Below, piece after piece: positions 1 to 13,286 of a stretch of DNA of 64,000 nucleotides. Source of the stretch: an uncultured delta proteobacterium (GTDB lineage: Bacteria > Myxococcota_A > Polyangia > Fen-1088); NCBI GenBank assembly GCA_963737265.1, contig CAVTRY010000011.1:800001-864000 (forward strand), read 5' to 3'. The stretch's first letter is position 1. Each line of letters opens with the position of its first letter. Made by a program: the position numbers and the translations under genes. The notes beneath the pieces are model-generated. The model saw only the letters and a program-made list of their open reading frames with translations, searched no databases and had not been told where the DNA came from.

Positions 1-1279
1 CTCCGACGGTCGGAGCAAAATACCAGCGAATGCGACCTTCGTCCTCGCCGAAGAAGGACACACGAAACAGCGCCGTCAGCGCGCCGGTGGCCGTTCCCTG
101 GTAGGCACCCGGGATCCATTGCAGACGCCCCGCGACCGACAGCGCGGTATTTCTCCCAACGAAGTAGCCAAACTCGGGAACCGCATGTCCAAGGTATGCG
201 ATGGCGAGCCCAGGATTGAACTGAACACCGTCCTTTCCAAACGCCTCCGTGGAGTGTCCGGCGGCATAGCCGATGCCGGAGCCAACACCGAGCGCGAGCC
301 AAAAGGTCCCTTTTGATCCTTCGTGCTCCCTGCGGCGCTCATTCTCCAAGCGGGCCAAGGGATTGCTGTCGTCGATTTCCTCGGCCTCGTCGGTCTCGTC
401 GGGATTGTCCTCGTCTACCTCTCCAGATCCGGCCGCCTTAGGCGCCTCCGCGCCCTTTACGAGAATCATGCTCGGACTGCTGTCGCGACCAGACAGCGCC
501 ACGGCGGCGCCGAGGTCGTTACGCGCCTCCACATAGAATGGCACCAGGCGAGCCTTGGTGTCGGAGCCTGGTATCCTGGCCACCCACGTGGTGATCCCAT
601 CCGCGGTGGACGCGTTGGTCATTGGCAAGATCTGGTACTGCTCGGCACCGTTGGCCTTGTAGTAAAGGATGACCGTCGCAGGGCGGAGTTCCGCCGTCGT
701 GAGACACTTGAGCGTGATTTCGTCGCCCGCCTTGATCTCGCCGCCCGCCGGGCACTTCATGGCGTTCCCGGTTTCTTGTTCGCCAGCCTTGGCCGCGGCG
801 GCCGGCTCCGCCTCTTTGGCGCCACCCGCGCCCCCACCCGCCGCGAGCTCGGCCTTGGCCCGCGCAAGGTTCGCTTCGGTTTCGGGCGTGGCTCGCTGTT
901 TGCCCATCTTGAGATCCGGCTTGATTGCCAGCGCCTTCTTGAAATGGAAGACCGCCTTGTCCGGATCCTTGAGGCCGACGCTATACAACACCGCCAGATT
1001 ACCGTGGGTCGCAAGGCCCGCCGGACCATTGGTCAGATTCGCCTTCTCGACTACGCCAAGCGCCTCCAGCAGCGTCTTTTCCGCCAACTGGAAATTCATG
1101 TCGTCGAAGAGTTGCATGGCGTAGCGATTCAGCTTCTGCGCACGCGTCGCGGCATCGGCGGGAGCCTCCGCCTTGCTCTCGACGGCGTGTGCCGCTGAAG
1201 GCGCGACGGCCAGAAGCGCAAAAGCCAGAAGAAGTTTGAATGGGGGCGTGAGCAATCTCGCGAAATGTCTTGAGAGCAT
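1..1279 (-). CDS. Secreted TPR-like protein with Ig-like middle and possible C-terminal beta-rich domain (partial, runs off window)
   Basis: Manual translation from ATG at 1279: MLSRHFARLLTPPFKLLLAFALLAVAPSAAHA (signal peptide), TPR-like HGNLAVLYSVGLKDPDKAVFHFKKALAIKP, acidic linker, then aromatic beta-strands. The frame stays open to the window edge, so it is absent from the ORF track. Confidence 0.75.
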   Translation of the reverse strand, partial: MLSRHFARLLTPPFKLLLAFALLAVAPSAAHAVESKAEAPADAATRAQKLNRYAMQLFDDMNFQLAEKTLLEALGVVEKANLTNGPAGLATHGNLAVLYSVGLKDPDKAVFHFKKALAIKPDLKMGKQRATPETEANLARAKAELAAGGGAGGAKEAEPAAAAKAGEQETGNAMKCPAGGEIKAGDEITLKCLTTAELRPATVILYYKANGAEQYQILPMTNASTADGITTWVARIPGSDTKARLVPFYVEARNDLGAAVALSGRDSSPSMILVKGAEAPKAAGSGEVDEDNPDETDEAEEIDDSNPLARLENERRREHEGSKGTFWLALGVGSGIGYAAGHSTEAFGKDGVQFNPGLAIAYLGHAVPEFGYFVGRNTALSVAGRLQWIPGAYQGTATGALTALFRVSFFGEDEGRIRWYFAPTVG

Positions 1280-1433
1280 GTTCTCTTCTTGTCGGTCCTA
1301 TCGGTCCTTTCTTTTACACACGCACGGGGCCGGAAGTGGGAAGAATCGTCACGCGCTCGCGGCAACCATCGCCCACGATCGCAACACGATCGCACCCTCA
1401 TCCACCCCGCAGGCTAAACTGCGACAAGCAAGT

Positions 1434-2765
1434 CTAGAGATCGTATACCTTGAGCTTGTCGTAGAGCGTGCGCAGGCCGATTCCCAAGCGCGCCGCCGTC
1501 TGCTTGCGATTGCCTCCGGTGGTCACTAGCATGCGCCGGATGGCTTCCCTTTCCAGATCCTCCAGCTTCTCGCCGCCCAGGCCGCTTGCGGCCTGAGAAG
1601 CCGGCGCTGGCGGCCCGGTCAGAATCAGCTCGGCGCCAATCGTGGTGCCCTCGACCAAGATGGCGGCGCGTTCGAGCACGTTGCCTAGCTCACGCACGTT
1701 TCCCGGCCAGTCATACGTCACCAGGCGGGCACGCGCGGCCTCGTTCAGCACGAGAGAAGGCGCACCCATCTGGCGCGAGATCCTCGCCAGCAGAGTGTCG
1801 GCCAACGGTAAAATATCCGCCAGCCGCTCGCGCAAGGGAGGTATGCGAATGGGAAACACCGCCAGCCGATGGTACAGATCCTCGCGGAACCGGCCCTCGC
1901 GCATCTCTTCGGCGAGATCGCAATTGGTCGCGGCGACCACGCGCAGGTCCACCTCGACCGTGCGCATACCACCCACCCGTTCGAAGCGCCTCTCTTGCAA
2001 CACGCGCAGAAGCTTGGCCTGAAGCTGCGGGCGCAACTCGGCCACCTCATCGAGGAACAAGGTCCCTCCATCCGCCAACTCGAACCGACCCCGGCGCTGC
2101 GCCACCGCGCCCGTGAACGCACCCTTCTCATGCCCGAACATCTCGCTTTCGAGCAGCGTGTCCGAGATGGCCGCGCAATTGACGGCCACGAACGGCCCCG
2201 CGGCGCGCCGACTTTCGCGGTGCAAGGCGCGCGACAGCACCTCCTTGCCGGTGCCGCTTTCGCCCAGCAGCAGCACGGTCGCATCGGTGGGCGCGACCTT
2301 CTTGACCTGTGCCAGAACCGCCTGCATAGCCTTGTCCTGCGCCACTACCGCTGGTTCGCCATCGTCGGTCGGATGCAGGCGCTGGGCTTCCTCGCGCAGT
2401 CGCCGGCGTTCGAGAGCGCGGCGCGCGATGAGACGAAGCTCGTCCGGGCCCGACAGCGGCTTGTTGAGATAGTCGAAGGCCCCCATCTTCATCGCTTCGA
2501 CCGCGCCCGCCACCGTCCCGTGTGCTGTCAGCACCATGACCTCGGTCTCGGGTGATTCGGAACGCGCCTTGCGCAGCAGCGCCATGCCGTCGAGTCCCGG
2601 CAGTTTCAGATCCGTGATCATCAGGTGAAACGATTCCCGGTCGAGAAACCGCGCCGCCGACTCACCGTCGGCAGCCAAGGTCACGCGCAGCCCTTCGCCC
2701 TCCAGAACCTCACCGACAAATGAGCGAATCCCCTCTTCATCATCGACAACAAGTACACGTTCCAC
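1434..2765 (-). CDS. Sigma54-dependent response regulator (NtrC/ZraR family; REC-AAA+-HTH Fis)
   Basis: [34 protein letters not shown] and a C-terminal HTH. Start set at GTG 2765 behind AAGGAG. Confidence 0.95.
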   Translation of the reverse strand: MERVLVVDDEEGIRSFVGEVLEGEGLRVTLAADGESAARFLDRESFHLMITDLKLPGLDGMALLRKARSESPETEVMVLTAHGTVAGAVEAMKMGAFDYLNKPLSGPDELRLIARRALERRRLREEAQRLHPTDDGEPAVVAQDKAMQAVLAQVKKVAPTDATVLLLGESGTGKEVLSRALHRESRRAAGPFVAVNCAAISDTLLESEMFGHEKGAFTGAVAQRRGRFELADGGTLFLDEVAELRPQLQAKLLRVLQERRFERVGGMRTVEVDLRVVAATNCDLAEEMREGRFREDLYHRLAVFPIRIPPLRERLADILPLADTLLARISRQMGAPSLVLNEAARARLVTYDWPGNVRELGNVLERAAILVEGTTIGAELILTGPPAPASQAASGLGGEKLEDLEREAIRRMLVTTGGNRKQTAARLGIGLRTLYDKLKVYDL

Positions 2766-2767
2766 GT

Positions 2768-4072
2768 TCAGGCTCCTTGCGTTCGCGGAGGCAGGGTCAC
2801 GCAAAAGACCGCGCCTCCGTCGGGATGGTTGTGGGCCGTGATAGCGCCGCCATGGCCCTCGACAATTCGGCGTGCCAGCGCCAGGCCAAGTCCGGTTCCC
2901 TTGGCCCGACGAGTGTAAAAAGGCTCGAACACGCGCTCTTCTTCGCCGGCCACGATCCCCTGCCCGCGATCGCGGACCTCGACTCGAAGATCGCGCTCCG
3001 GCTGAATGTCGACGGTGACGTCGACCCGCTGGCCCGATGGCGACGCATCGCGCGCGTTGCGCAGCAGATTGACCAGTACCTCTTCCATGCGCGCGCTATC
3101 GAGCGGCCACGTGGCGGGCCCGCCCCGCACATCGAGGTTCACCTCGGTGCCTCCGACGTTTGCAACCGCGTTGCGAACGATGGCCACCGGATCGGCCGGC
3201 TCGCAATGAACGGCTCCTGTGCGCGCGAATTCCAGCACCTGGCGCGAAAGCTCCTCTAGGCGCACGGTCTCGCGCAACACCACTTCGGCGCCCTTGCGCC
3301 CCGCGTGCTCAAGCGGGAGCTTTTCGAGCAGGAGCTGGACGTGGCCCTTGAGCGAGGCCAGGGGGTTCCTGATCTCGTGGCCAAGCACCGCCGACATTTG
3401 ACCCAGAATCTTGAGCTGACGGTCGTGTTCGATCTGCAACGACGCCTTTTCGGCGTGGCACGAGATGCGCCAAAAGAAGGCGGCGAGTCCCATAAGCACG
3501 GCTGCCGCGAGCAAGCTGACCCCGAGCGTGATGCCGGCACGCCAAACCAGCGCATGGGCCGCCGCCGAATCCACTTCGAAGCGGATCTCCTTGCCGTGCA
3601 GAGGATGCCGTTCGGCGTAAGCCTGCGAAGCCTCGACGTTCGGGTGCTGATTCGGTCCCGGCCCCACGGAATCGAGGGAATGCGCGGCGATGCGCGCGCT
3701 GGCACCGCCCGGACCAAAGGCGATGCTGACTGCCGGACCCAAGTGGCCGCCTGGGAGCCACCGCGTCTGCGTCGATGCGCTTCCAGCCTCTCCCACAACC
3801 GAATTGTCCGGGCCGAGCACCTCGACGAAACGCAGTCCCTGCGGCGCGAGCTCGGACAGGACTTCATGCATGACAGCCGGATTAATCTCTCCCGCCAAGC
3901 GCAGGGTTCGGCGAGCAGCGAACGCGATGCCAAGTGCCTGCCCGCGTGTGACGGTGGTCGCTGACTGGCGAACGCCGGAATAGACCCACGTTCCGGCCCC
4001 GACCAGCACCGCAGCCATCGCAAATGCGGACATGAGCAGGCCCCAACGGAGGTACACCGGCGAAGTTTTCAC
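2768..4072 (-). CDS. Membrane sensor histidine kinase, cognate of 1434-2765
   Basis: Two TM segments, H-box GHEIRNPL, N-box NLLRNA, DRGQG, GTGLGL. Confidence 0.95.
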   Translation of the reverse strand: MKTSPVYLRWGLLMSAFAMAAVLVGAGTWVYSGVRQSATTVTRGQALGIAFAARRTLRLAGEINPAVMHEVLSELAPQGLRFVEVLGPDNSVVGEAGSASTQTRWLPGGHLGPAVSIAFGPGGASARIAAHSLDSVGPGPNQHPNVEASQAYAERHPLHGKEIRFEVDSAAAHALVWRAGITLGVSLLAAAVLMGLAAFFWRISCHAEKASLQIEHDRQLKILGQMSAVLGHEIRNPLASLKGHVQLLLEKLPLEHAGRKGAEVVLRETVRLEELSRQVLEFARTGAVHCEPADPVAIVRNAVANVGGTEVNLDVRGGPATWPLDSARMEEVLVNLLRNARDASPSGQRVDVTVDIQPERDLRVEVRDRGQGIVAGEEERVFEPFYTRRAKGTGLGLALARRIVEGHGGAITAHNHPDGGAVFCVTLPPRTQGA

Positions 4073-4157
4073 CTGCTCGCAGATCCTTTCTCGCCTCTAC
4101 TCGCGCGCCGTCTCACTGCATCCATCATCGAATCCATCGCCTTGCGAAAGCATCCCC

Positions 4158-4174
4158 AGCAAGCATCGTGCCCA
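4158..4174 (-). promoter_or_regulatory. Sigma54 (-24/-12) promoter upstream of the HK-RR operon
   Basis: Minus strand TGGGCACGATGCTTGCT = GG-N10-GC, near-perfect match to TGGCACG-N4-TTGCW, ~85 nt upstream of the HK start. Confidence 0.7.
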
Positions 4175-4284
4175 TTGTCTCGTGCTATTCCACCGCGTGC
4201 TTCGCCATGCGACGAAAGCTTGCCATGCAGAATCCGCATTAGCCCGCTGCCGTTACGGCACGGTCGAACGAGGCGACGCTGGCC

Positions 4285-5379
4285 CTACTCGTCGTTGAGC
4301 GCGCTTGCAATGTCCTCGAACATGCCCTGCACCTCTTCGAAAGCGGCGAGCACGTCGGGGTCGAAGTAGCTCCGATTGCGAAGCGCCAAAGCGGCTCGGC
4401 ACTCGGAATGCGACAACGCCGGCTTGTAGCAACGCCGCGATCGGGCAGCGTCGTAGGAATCCGCGACGGCCATGATGCGCGCCGATAGCGGGATGTCCGT
4501 TCCGGCCAAGCCGGCCGGGTAGCCGTTGCCATCCCAACGCTCGTGGTGGCAGCGCGCGATCTCGATCCCCAAACGCAGAAATTCGTTGCGCGGATAGCGC
4601 GTCTTCACGGCTTCGAGCGTCTGCGCGCCGAGCGTTGTGTGCATCTTCATCTCGTCGAATTCGGGTGCCGTCAGCTCGCCTTGCTTGAGCAAGATGTGGT
4701 CGCGAATCGCGACCTTGCCGATGTCGTGCAGAGGACTGGCGAGAAACATGTTCTCGATGAAGGATTCCTCGATTCGCCCCGCATAGCTAGACTGCTCCGC
4801 CAGCGTGGCGGCCAACAACCGGCAGTACAACTGGACCCGCTCGATGTGTTTTCCGGTTTCGCCGTCGCGCGATTCGGCCAATTTGGCCAGTGCGAAGATG
4901 GTTGCCATCTGCGAATCGGAAATCTCCTGCACCTGCTCGCTGACCAGCTCGACCAAATGACGATTGTGTGCTTCGAGTTCCACCTGCAGTCGGCGCAAGC
5001 GCAGGTGGGTCTCGACGCGCATGCGTACCTCGGGAAACTGAAACGGCTTGGCGACGTAGTCGACGCCACCCGCGGTGAATGCCTTGACCTTGTCCCCCAC
5101 CTCATCGAGGGCGGAGAGGAAGATGACGGGTACGTCGCGCAGCCGCGGGTCTAGCTTGAGGCGGCGGCAAACCTCGAAACCGTCCACGGTCGGCATCACG
5201 ATGTCGAGCAGAATGAGGTCCGGAGGCAAGGATGTGGCGGCTGCGATGGCTGCGGCACCGTCGGACACAGCACGAGTGCGGTATCCCTCGCTACTCAGCA
5301 ATTCCCAAAGAATCCGCAGGTTTTCCGGCGTATCGTCGACGATCAGAATGTCGCCGTGCTTAGCACCTCTTTCACTCAT
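4285..5379 (-). CDS. Response regulator with HD-GYP c-di-GMP phosphodiesterase domain (RpfG family)
   Basis: REC (ILIVDD, LLDIVMP), ETGKHIERV, LHDIGK, HHERWDGNGYP, VADSYDA. Confidence 0.93.
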   Translation of the reverse strand: MSERGAKHGDILIVDDTPENLRILWELLSSEGYRTRAVSDGAAAIAAATSLPPDLILLDIVMPTVDGFEVCRRLKLDPRLRDVPVIFLSALDEVGDKVKAFTAGGVDYVAKPFQFPEVRMRVETHLRLRRLQVELEAHNRHLVELVSEQVQEISDSQMATIFALAKLAESRDGETGKHIERVQLYCRLLAATLAEQSSYAGRIEESFIENMFLASPLHDIGKVAIRDHILLKQGELTAPEFDEMKMHTTLGAQTLEAVKTRYPRNEFLRLGIEIARCHHERWDGNGYPAGLAGTDIPLSARIMAVADSYDAARSRRCYKPALSHSECRAALALRNRSYFDPDVLAAFEEVQGMFEDIASALNDE

Positions 5380-5557
5380 CGTTCGCTCCCGCTAACAACC
5401 GCGCCAGACAGTTTCCAAGATCGAGTCGGTCATGCGAGCCGTCAAAGTGGCGCGAGGATAGCCCAACGCCCGGCCTGATCGAAGCAATCCCGACGCAATT
5501 CTTGTGTCGGTGACCCGCCACTCGATCTCTCGAGCGGAGCTTGCTACGTTCTTCGCC

Positions 5558-8246
<2,689 letters not shown>

Positions 8247-8254
<8 letters not shown>

Positions 8255-9437
8255 ACTTGTAGCGGAAGAGCTTCATGCGTGGGGCTCCTGACACTTCGAA
8301 GAAGAAGCCGAATTCGAAGTTCACGAAGCCATGGCCAGCCTCGACCAGTTTATGGGGTGGGTTGAGGAAAGGCTGCGCCTCTTTGAAGGCTTCGACGGCG
8401 GTGTCGTCGAGGAAGTCCAAGCCGCAGGTGTGTTCCACCGAAACCTTGTCGAGCGAGCCGTCCGATTTCAGATTGACCTTGAGCAAGGTGTAGCGGTCTT
8501 CGGCGCCGTAGATCTTTCCCGTTGGATCGCGACGCTGATATTCCTCGGCGGGCTTCCAGTGATCCCGTACCCGTTCCTTCACCCGATTGAAAAACGTCGC
8601 ATAGACCCAGCGCTTGGCATTGAGAGCCGTCTCGCCACCGTCGTCCACGTCGGCCAAGTGATCCTGCGTACCGCTGCCCAGAGCGCGCGCGAGCTGTTGT
8701 TCCGACGGCACGAGTCCATAGAGGCCCGGCTGCGCCCCCGGCTCGGTTTCGGTTTCGTTCCGCGGCGCCGGCCTCGGCGCGCCGCTGCCGGCGTGCGAGA
8801 ACGCGCCGTTGGGATCGCTTGGCATTTGTTCTTCGCTGCCGGGCTGATCCTCCTGTCCAGTTTCGCCGGCCCGTGGACGCGACATCCTTTTTTGCTCCGC
8901 CGGCATGCGCATCGCCAGCGGCCCTGGCGACGCGGGCGCCTCCGAAGGATTAGGGGTCAGGGCCGGCGCGTTTCGTTTGTTGGGCTCAACCTCGCCGGTG
9001 TGCCGCTGTTGCGAGTTGGGGTCGAATTTTCCATAGCGCTTGGTTTCCTTCTCGACCCAGGAATCGTACTCGGCGGCGTAGCGGGCCTCATCGGGCCGAC
9101 GCTCGTCGCGCGGGCGTGGCAGGTCGACGACCTGGCCGGGCGCCTTGATCGCTTCCTCTTCCTTCTTGAGCTCTTCTTTCTTGGCCTTCTCTTCCTGGTG
9201 TTCGAGGTCGGCGATGATCTTGCGCGCGGTATCTTCGTCCACCGTACTGACCGAGATGGGCTCGGCGCGGGCCGCATCCTCGCGCCGTCTCGCCTCGATG
9301 TCGGCCTGGCGCGGAGCCCAGAAATAGAGCGCGACGCCCACGACCAGTCCGACCTCGGCGTGAATGACCAACGCCAGCGCAATCCATCGTAGGATGGAGG
9401 CGCGCTTGCCGCGCTTGGGTCGGTCGGTGCTGGCCAT
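8247..9437 (-). CDS. TonB C-terminal-domain protein (N-terminal TM, Pro/charged linker)
   Basis: TM with His (ALVIHAEV), low-complexity linker, C-terminal FFNRVKERV...SDGSL...LDDTAVEAFKEAQPF typical of myxobacterial TonB_C proteins. Confidence 0.8.
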
Positions 9438-9490
9438 GGGAAACCTTCGGCTCTTAGCACACTATTCTAGCCGTCTACCGCAATCTGCAA

Positions 9491-10086
9491 CCAGGACCAG
9501 GGTGCCTCCCTGAAACGGGGGCCCCAGCCGGGGGCTCGGTGAGGTAGCAACTTCTGGCGGAGTGCCGCCGAAAACGCAGATATGGAACAGCGAGGAACGG
9601 AGAAACAGAGACAGGATGACTTTACTGGGCAAATTATCGCCGCCTGCATCGAAGTCCACCGTCACCTCGGTCCCGGGCTGCTTGAGTCGGCCTACGAGCA
9701 CTGCCTGGCGCGCGAGCTAGGCCTGCGTGGATTTCGCACGCAACGTCAGGTCGCGATTCCTCTGCAGTACAAAGGCATTGACCTCGACTGCGGCTATCGC
9801 CTCGACCTCATGGTGGAAGGCCGTTTGGTCATCGAAGTCAAGGCGGTAGAGCGGTTGCTTCCTGTCCACTTGGCACAGGTCATTACCTATCTCAAGCTCC
9901 TACGACTGCCGGTGGGCCTGCTCGTCAATTTCCACGTCCCCGTACTTCGCGAGGGTCTCCGCCGCCTCTCAACCCAACCCGTGATCCCTCTGGTCCTCCG
10001 TTCCTCCCTGTTTTTCCCTCCGATCCCACCTGCGCGGGGCGAGGTGAAGCCCCAGCCCCCATTTCAGGGAAGCACCCCCAGGACCA
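9491..10086. mobile_element. Non-autonomous IS-like element (9500-10077) with 23-bp TIRs and 9-bp TSD, carrying a GxxExxY gene
   Basis: Left end 9500-9522 GGGTGCCTCCCTGAAACGGGGGC vs reverse complement of 10055-10077 GGGTGCTTCCCTGAAATGGGGGC (21/23). Direct repeat CCAGGACCA at 9491-9499 and 10078-10086. Confidence 0.85.
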
Positions 10087-10097
10087 GCATCACCTGA
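9582..10097 (+). CDS. GxxExxY protein (PD-(D/E)xK nuclease-like)
   Basis: IEVHRHLGPGLLESAYE, YRLDLMVE, IEVKAVE, HLAQVITYLK, GLLVNF. The C-terminal ~45 aa read through the element's right end. Confidence 0.92.
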   Translation: MEQRGTEKQRQDDFTGQIIAACIEVHRHLGPGLLESAYEHCLARELGLRGFRTQRQVAIPLQYKGIDLDCGYRLDLMVEGRLVIEVKAVERLLPVHLAQVITYLKLLRLPVGLLVNFHVPVLREGLRRLSTQPVIPLVLRSSLFFPPIPPARGEVKPQPPFQGSTPRTSIT

Positions 10098-11325
10098 CGA
10101 CGGGATTCTGGAATGGCACACGGACGGAAAGCGCCAGCGCCCGGCCGGGCGGCGAGAACGGCGCGGCCCGCCTGACCGCGGCCATCGCTTCCTCGTCGAA
10201 TTCGATAAATCCCGCGGACTTGACCACCTCGATGCGTCCGGCCAGGCGTCCATCCGCGGCCACGACGAACGCGAGAATCGTCTCGCCCTGTTCGAGCATC
10301 AAGGCCAGGTGCTGCGGAAACCGCAAAAACCGATCGATGCGCCGCCGGATATCAAGCTCGTGGTGGGCACGTAGACGTTGGTTGGCGTCGTCGCCGGAAT
10401 TTTCAGCGGCCCCAGCACCATGAGCTCCCATCGGGGACGGTGCGCTTCCCTTGGAGAAAACCGCGACCGCCCCGGGACCCGCGCCGGAGCCGCGCCCGAG
10501 ATTGCCGTTCTTCGGCCCGGGCGCCGAAGCAGCCGAGAAATCCATCCTGCCCGGGTGCACGTCGTCCGAAAGCAGCGGTGCCGAGCGCGAATCACGCGCC
10601 GGCCCTTCCTGGCCGACGTCAAAACGACGATCGCCTCGCTCGGCATCGAGCGGCCCCGAACCGCGAACCACGCTCGTTCCGGATGCCGCGAGCCTGGGCT
10701 TTTCATCGGACGGCAGAACTACGCGGTCGTTCTCGTCGAGCTCATCCGCGGGCAGAGCCATCACGGGACGACTCTCTGCATGCAACAGTTGGGTGCGCGC
10801 CAGATCGCCGACGCCGACCGAAGGCTCGCGCCGTTCGGCTTGCCTTGAGCTGGCGGTTCTCGCCGTGCGCTCATGCTCGGGCTCATAGAGCCGCGCGCCG
10901 TTGGTCAGCCGTTCGTGCATCGTCGAGCGATCCAAACGAAAGGCCGGCGCAATCGTCTTTCCCGTGCCGATCCCCTGATCCGGCGCTGGAGCTCGCTCCC
11001 CGACGAGAATTCCGGCGCTGGCGCGATCGCTCGGATCCAAAGCGAAGACGTCACTCGATTCGCCTTCGCCGGTCGCAACGGACAAAGACTCGGACGGCAA
11101 CTTCGAAGGCGGTACGAGATCGACCCAAATCGGCGGCGTGGCGTCGACTTCGCCAAGGCTGCAGGGCGGTGACGGCTTCGGACTCGCCGCGCGTGCCGCG
11201 CGCCACAGAGGCAAAACCGCGGCAACGACGAACAGGCCATGAGCTCCGAGCGAAAATGCGATCGCACCCGCCAGTCCAGCGTTGGCTCGCGACCTTGTCC
11301 TGTGCGCTGCGCCCTGGATCCGCAC
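10090..11325 (-). CDS. TonB family protein (TM anchor with SxxxH, TonB_C)
   Basis: AFSLGAHGLFVV TM; C-terminal FPQHLALMLEQGETILAFVVAADG...SAGFIEFDEEAMAAVRRAAPF. Start set at GTG 11325 after GGAAGG (uncertain). Confidence 0.8.
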   Translation of the reverse strand: MRIQGAAHRTRSRANAGLAGAIAFSLGAHGLFVVAAVLPLWRAARAASPKPSPPCSLGEVDATPPIWVDLVPPSKLPSESLSVATGEGESSDVFALDPSDRASAGILVGERAPAPDQGIGTGKTIAPAFRLDRSTMHERLTNGARLYEPEHERTARTASSRQAERREPSVGVGDLARTQLLHAESRPVMALPADELDENDRVVLPSDEKPRLAASGTSVVRGSGPLDAERGDRRFDVGQEGPARDSRSAPLLSDDVHPGRMDFSAASAPGPKNGNLGRGSGAGPGAVAVFSKGSAPSPMGAHGAGAAENSGDDANQRLRAHHELDIRRRIDRFLRFPQHLALMLEQGETILAFVVAADGRLAGRIEVVKSAGFIEFDEEAMAAVRRAAPFSPPGRALALSVRVPFQNPVVR

Positions 11326-11374
11326 GACGTCCTTCCCTAGAGTACCACGCACCCATGGACCAGACCGGAGCCCG

Positions 11375-12136
11375 ATGACTACGCCCCGCACGACCGCGCC
11401 CACCCGCGACAGAGCGGAACACGACCTGCTGCACGAAGTTGGCCGCGCCGTCGCACACTTCGACCTGATTTCAGCCGGGGATCGCATCATGGTCGCGCTT
11501 TCCGGCGGCAAGGACAGCTACGCCTTGTTGCTCTTGCTTGAAACCCTGCGCCGCCGGGCGCCCGTCGAATTCACGCTGGTTGGCGTGCATCTCGACCAGG
11601 CTCAGCCCGGCCACGATCCGGCGCCTCTTGCCGGCTGGCTGACCACGCACGGCTTCGAGCACCTCATCGTGCGTGAAGACACCTACTCGATCGTGAAGGA
11701 AACTGTCCCCGAGGGGCGGACCCCGTGCTCGATGTGCGCGCGTCTCCGCCGCGCCATTCTCTACCGTGCCGCGGACGAGCTCGGTTGCAACAAGATCGCC
11801 CTCGGACATCACCGGGACGACGCACTTGAAACCCTGCTGCTCAATCTATTTTTCGCGGGAAAGATCGCATCCATGCCGGCGCGCCTGACCAGCGACGACG
11901 GCGCGCACGTTGTCATTCGCCCGCTGATCTACTGCGCGGAAAATGAGCTGGCGGACTTCGCGGCCAGCAGAAATGTTCCGCTGCTGCCGTGCAACCTGTG
12001 TGGGTCGCTGCCAAACGCGCAACGCAAACAGATGAAAACGCTGCTCGACCGGCTCGAAACCGAACACCCGAACCTTCGCCAAACCATGCTGGCGGCGCTC
12101 GGGAACGTGACACTGAGCCACCTGCTGATCAAGTAA
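11375..12136 (+). CDS. ttcA: tRNA 2-thiocytidine(32) synthetase
   Basis: PP-loop SGGKDS, CSMCARLRR, GHHRDD, PCNLCG. Confidence 0.95.
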   Translation: MTTPRTTAPTRDRAEHDLLHEVGRAVAHFDLISAGDRIMVALSGGKDSYALLLLLETLRRRAPVEFTLVGVHLDQAQPGHDPAPLAGWLTTHGFEHLIVREDTYSIVKETVPEGRTPCSMCARLRRAILYRAADELGCNKIALGHHRDDALETLLLNLFFAGKIASMPARLTSDDGAHVVIRPLIYCAENELADFAASRNVPLLPCNLCGSLPNAQRKQMKTLLDRLETEHPNLRQTMLAALGNVTLSHLLIK

Positions 12137-12152
12137 GGATCCGCGTGGACCG

Positions 12153-13196
12153 CTACTTGTCGACGCCGTCGCGCGTGTCCACGGCCTGCTTCAGCTTGTG
12201 GCACCTTTGCAAAAGGTCCATGTATTGCGTCTGGAAGATCTTCACGTAGCGGCGTTCCTTGGCCTTGCGGGTGAGCGCCTCGCGCACTTCCACGAGCTGG
12301 GTGAGCAAATCGCCTGGGACGAGAAAGCGCGGGACCAGCACGTGCAGTCGGCTCTGATCGATCACCCTCACGTCGCCGGCCTGTTCCGCCGTCGGCGACC
12401 TAAACACCATGGCGACGACGCTCGGGACCGACGCCTTGATGCTCTTGACCACCATGCTGCCCGAGAGATCCGGCAGAGTTTCCTTGGCCACGAGAACCGT
12501 CGGCGGGATCTGCGTGGCGCTGTCGAGGGCCTCGCCCCCGCTTTGCACGTGCCGGAAGCGCCAACCTTTTTCCTCGGACAGATCTTTTTCGAGCGCGTTC
12601 GCGAGAGCGCTGTCGTCGTCGACCAAAAGTAGATTGATGGCACCGAGCCCGCTGGCGGTGGACGAAACGCCACCCTCGCGTTCGAGCAACTTGTCGTTGG
12701 AATCTGTCGCCTGCCGGGAAAGCGCCATCATTTTGCGCAGCAACTCTTCGTTGAGGTCGACAAGATCGGTGAGGAGTTGCTCCCGTCCCATGGCCGACTT
12801 GATGTCGCTCGCCGCCTTGACCACCCGGTCGCGCAGGTGGCGCACGTGCTCGCGCGACTTGGGAATCACGTCGGTGGCGCCGGCGCGAAAGACCGGTGCA
12901 ATGGCATCGAAGCCGATGCGACGGCTCATCACGATGACGGCGGTGAGCGGCGAGCGCTCCTTGACGAACTTGATGAGATCGATCGCGGCGCCCTCGGTCG
13001 GCGTGTCGAGATCGGTGAGCACGACAGGAAAGAACCGATTGGCGACTTGGTCCTTGGCGCGTTCGATGTCCGCCAGCGCCGTCACCGTCAGTCCAGCCTC
13101 ACGCAGCAGGCGCTCGGCACCCCGGCGAACGCTCTCATCGCCGTCGAGGACGAGGATCTCCGGCCCTGACTCGGGCTGGCTGTCTGGTGAGCTCAC
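12153..13196 (-). CDS. Tandem receiver-domain protein (REC, coiled coil, degenerate REC)
   Basis: ILVLDGD...LTDLDTP in the first REC; LLLVDDD in the second REC; no output domain. Confidence 0.8.
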   Translation of the reverse strand: MSSPDSQPESGPEILVLDGDESVRRGAERLLREAGLTVTALADIERAKDQVANRFFPVVLTDLDTPTEGAAIDLIKFVKERSPLTAVIVMSRRIGFDAIAPVFRAGATDVIPKSREHVRHLRDRVVKAASDIKSAMGREQLLTDLVDLNEELLRKMMALSRQATDSNDKLLEREGGVSSTASGLGAINLLLVDDDSALANALEKDLSEEKGWRFRHVQSGGEALDSATQIPPTVLVAKETLPDLSGSMVVKSIKASVPSVVAMVFRSPTAEQAGDVRVIDQSRLHVLVPRFLVPGDLLTQLVEVREALTRKAKERRYVKIFQTQYMDLLQRCHKLKQAVDTRDGVDK

Positions 13197-13286
13197 GGTC
13201 TATGAACGTAGGGGAGACCGGACAAAAGGTCAAAAGACGCGTTAGCAGCGCTCGTGGTACCCTGGGGTCCCGGGCGACCGGTAATC

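Noticed and set aside
323-1198. Long + strand ORF (291 aa) and similar antisense ORFs such as 5699-7444, 25571-26794, 27959-29278, 30965-32602, 39350-40882, 43688-45055
   Set aside because: Shadow ORFs opposite recognisable genes, expected in high-GC DNA
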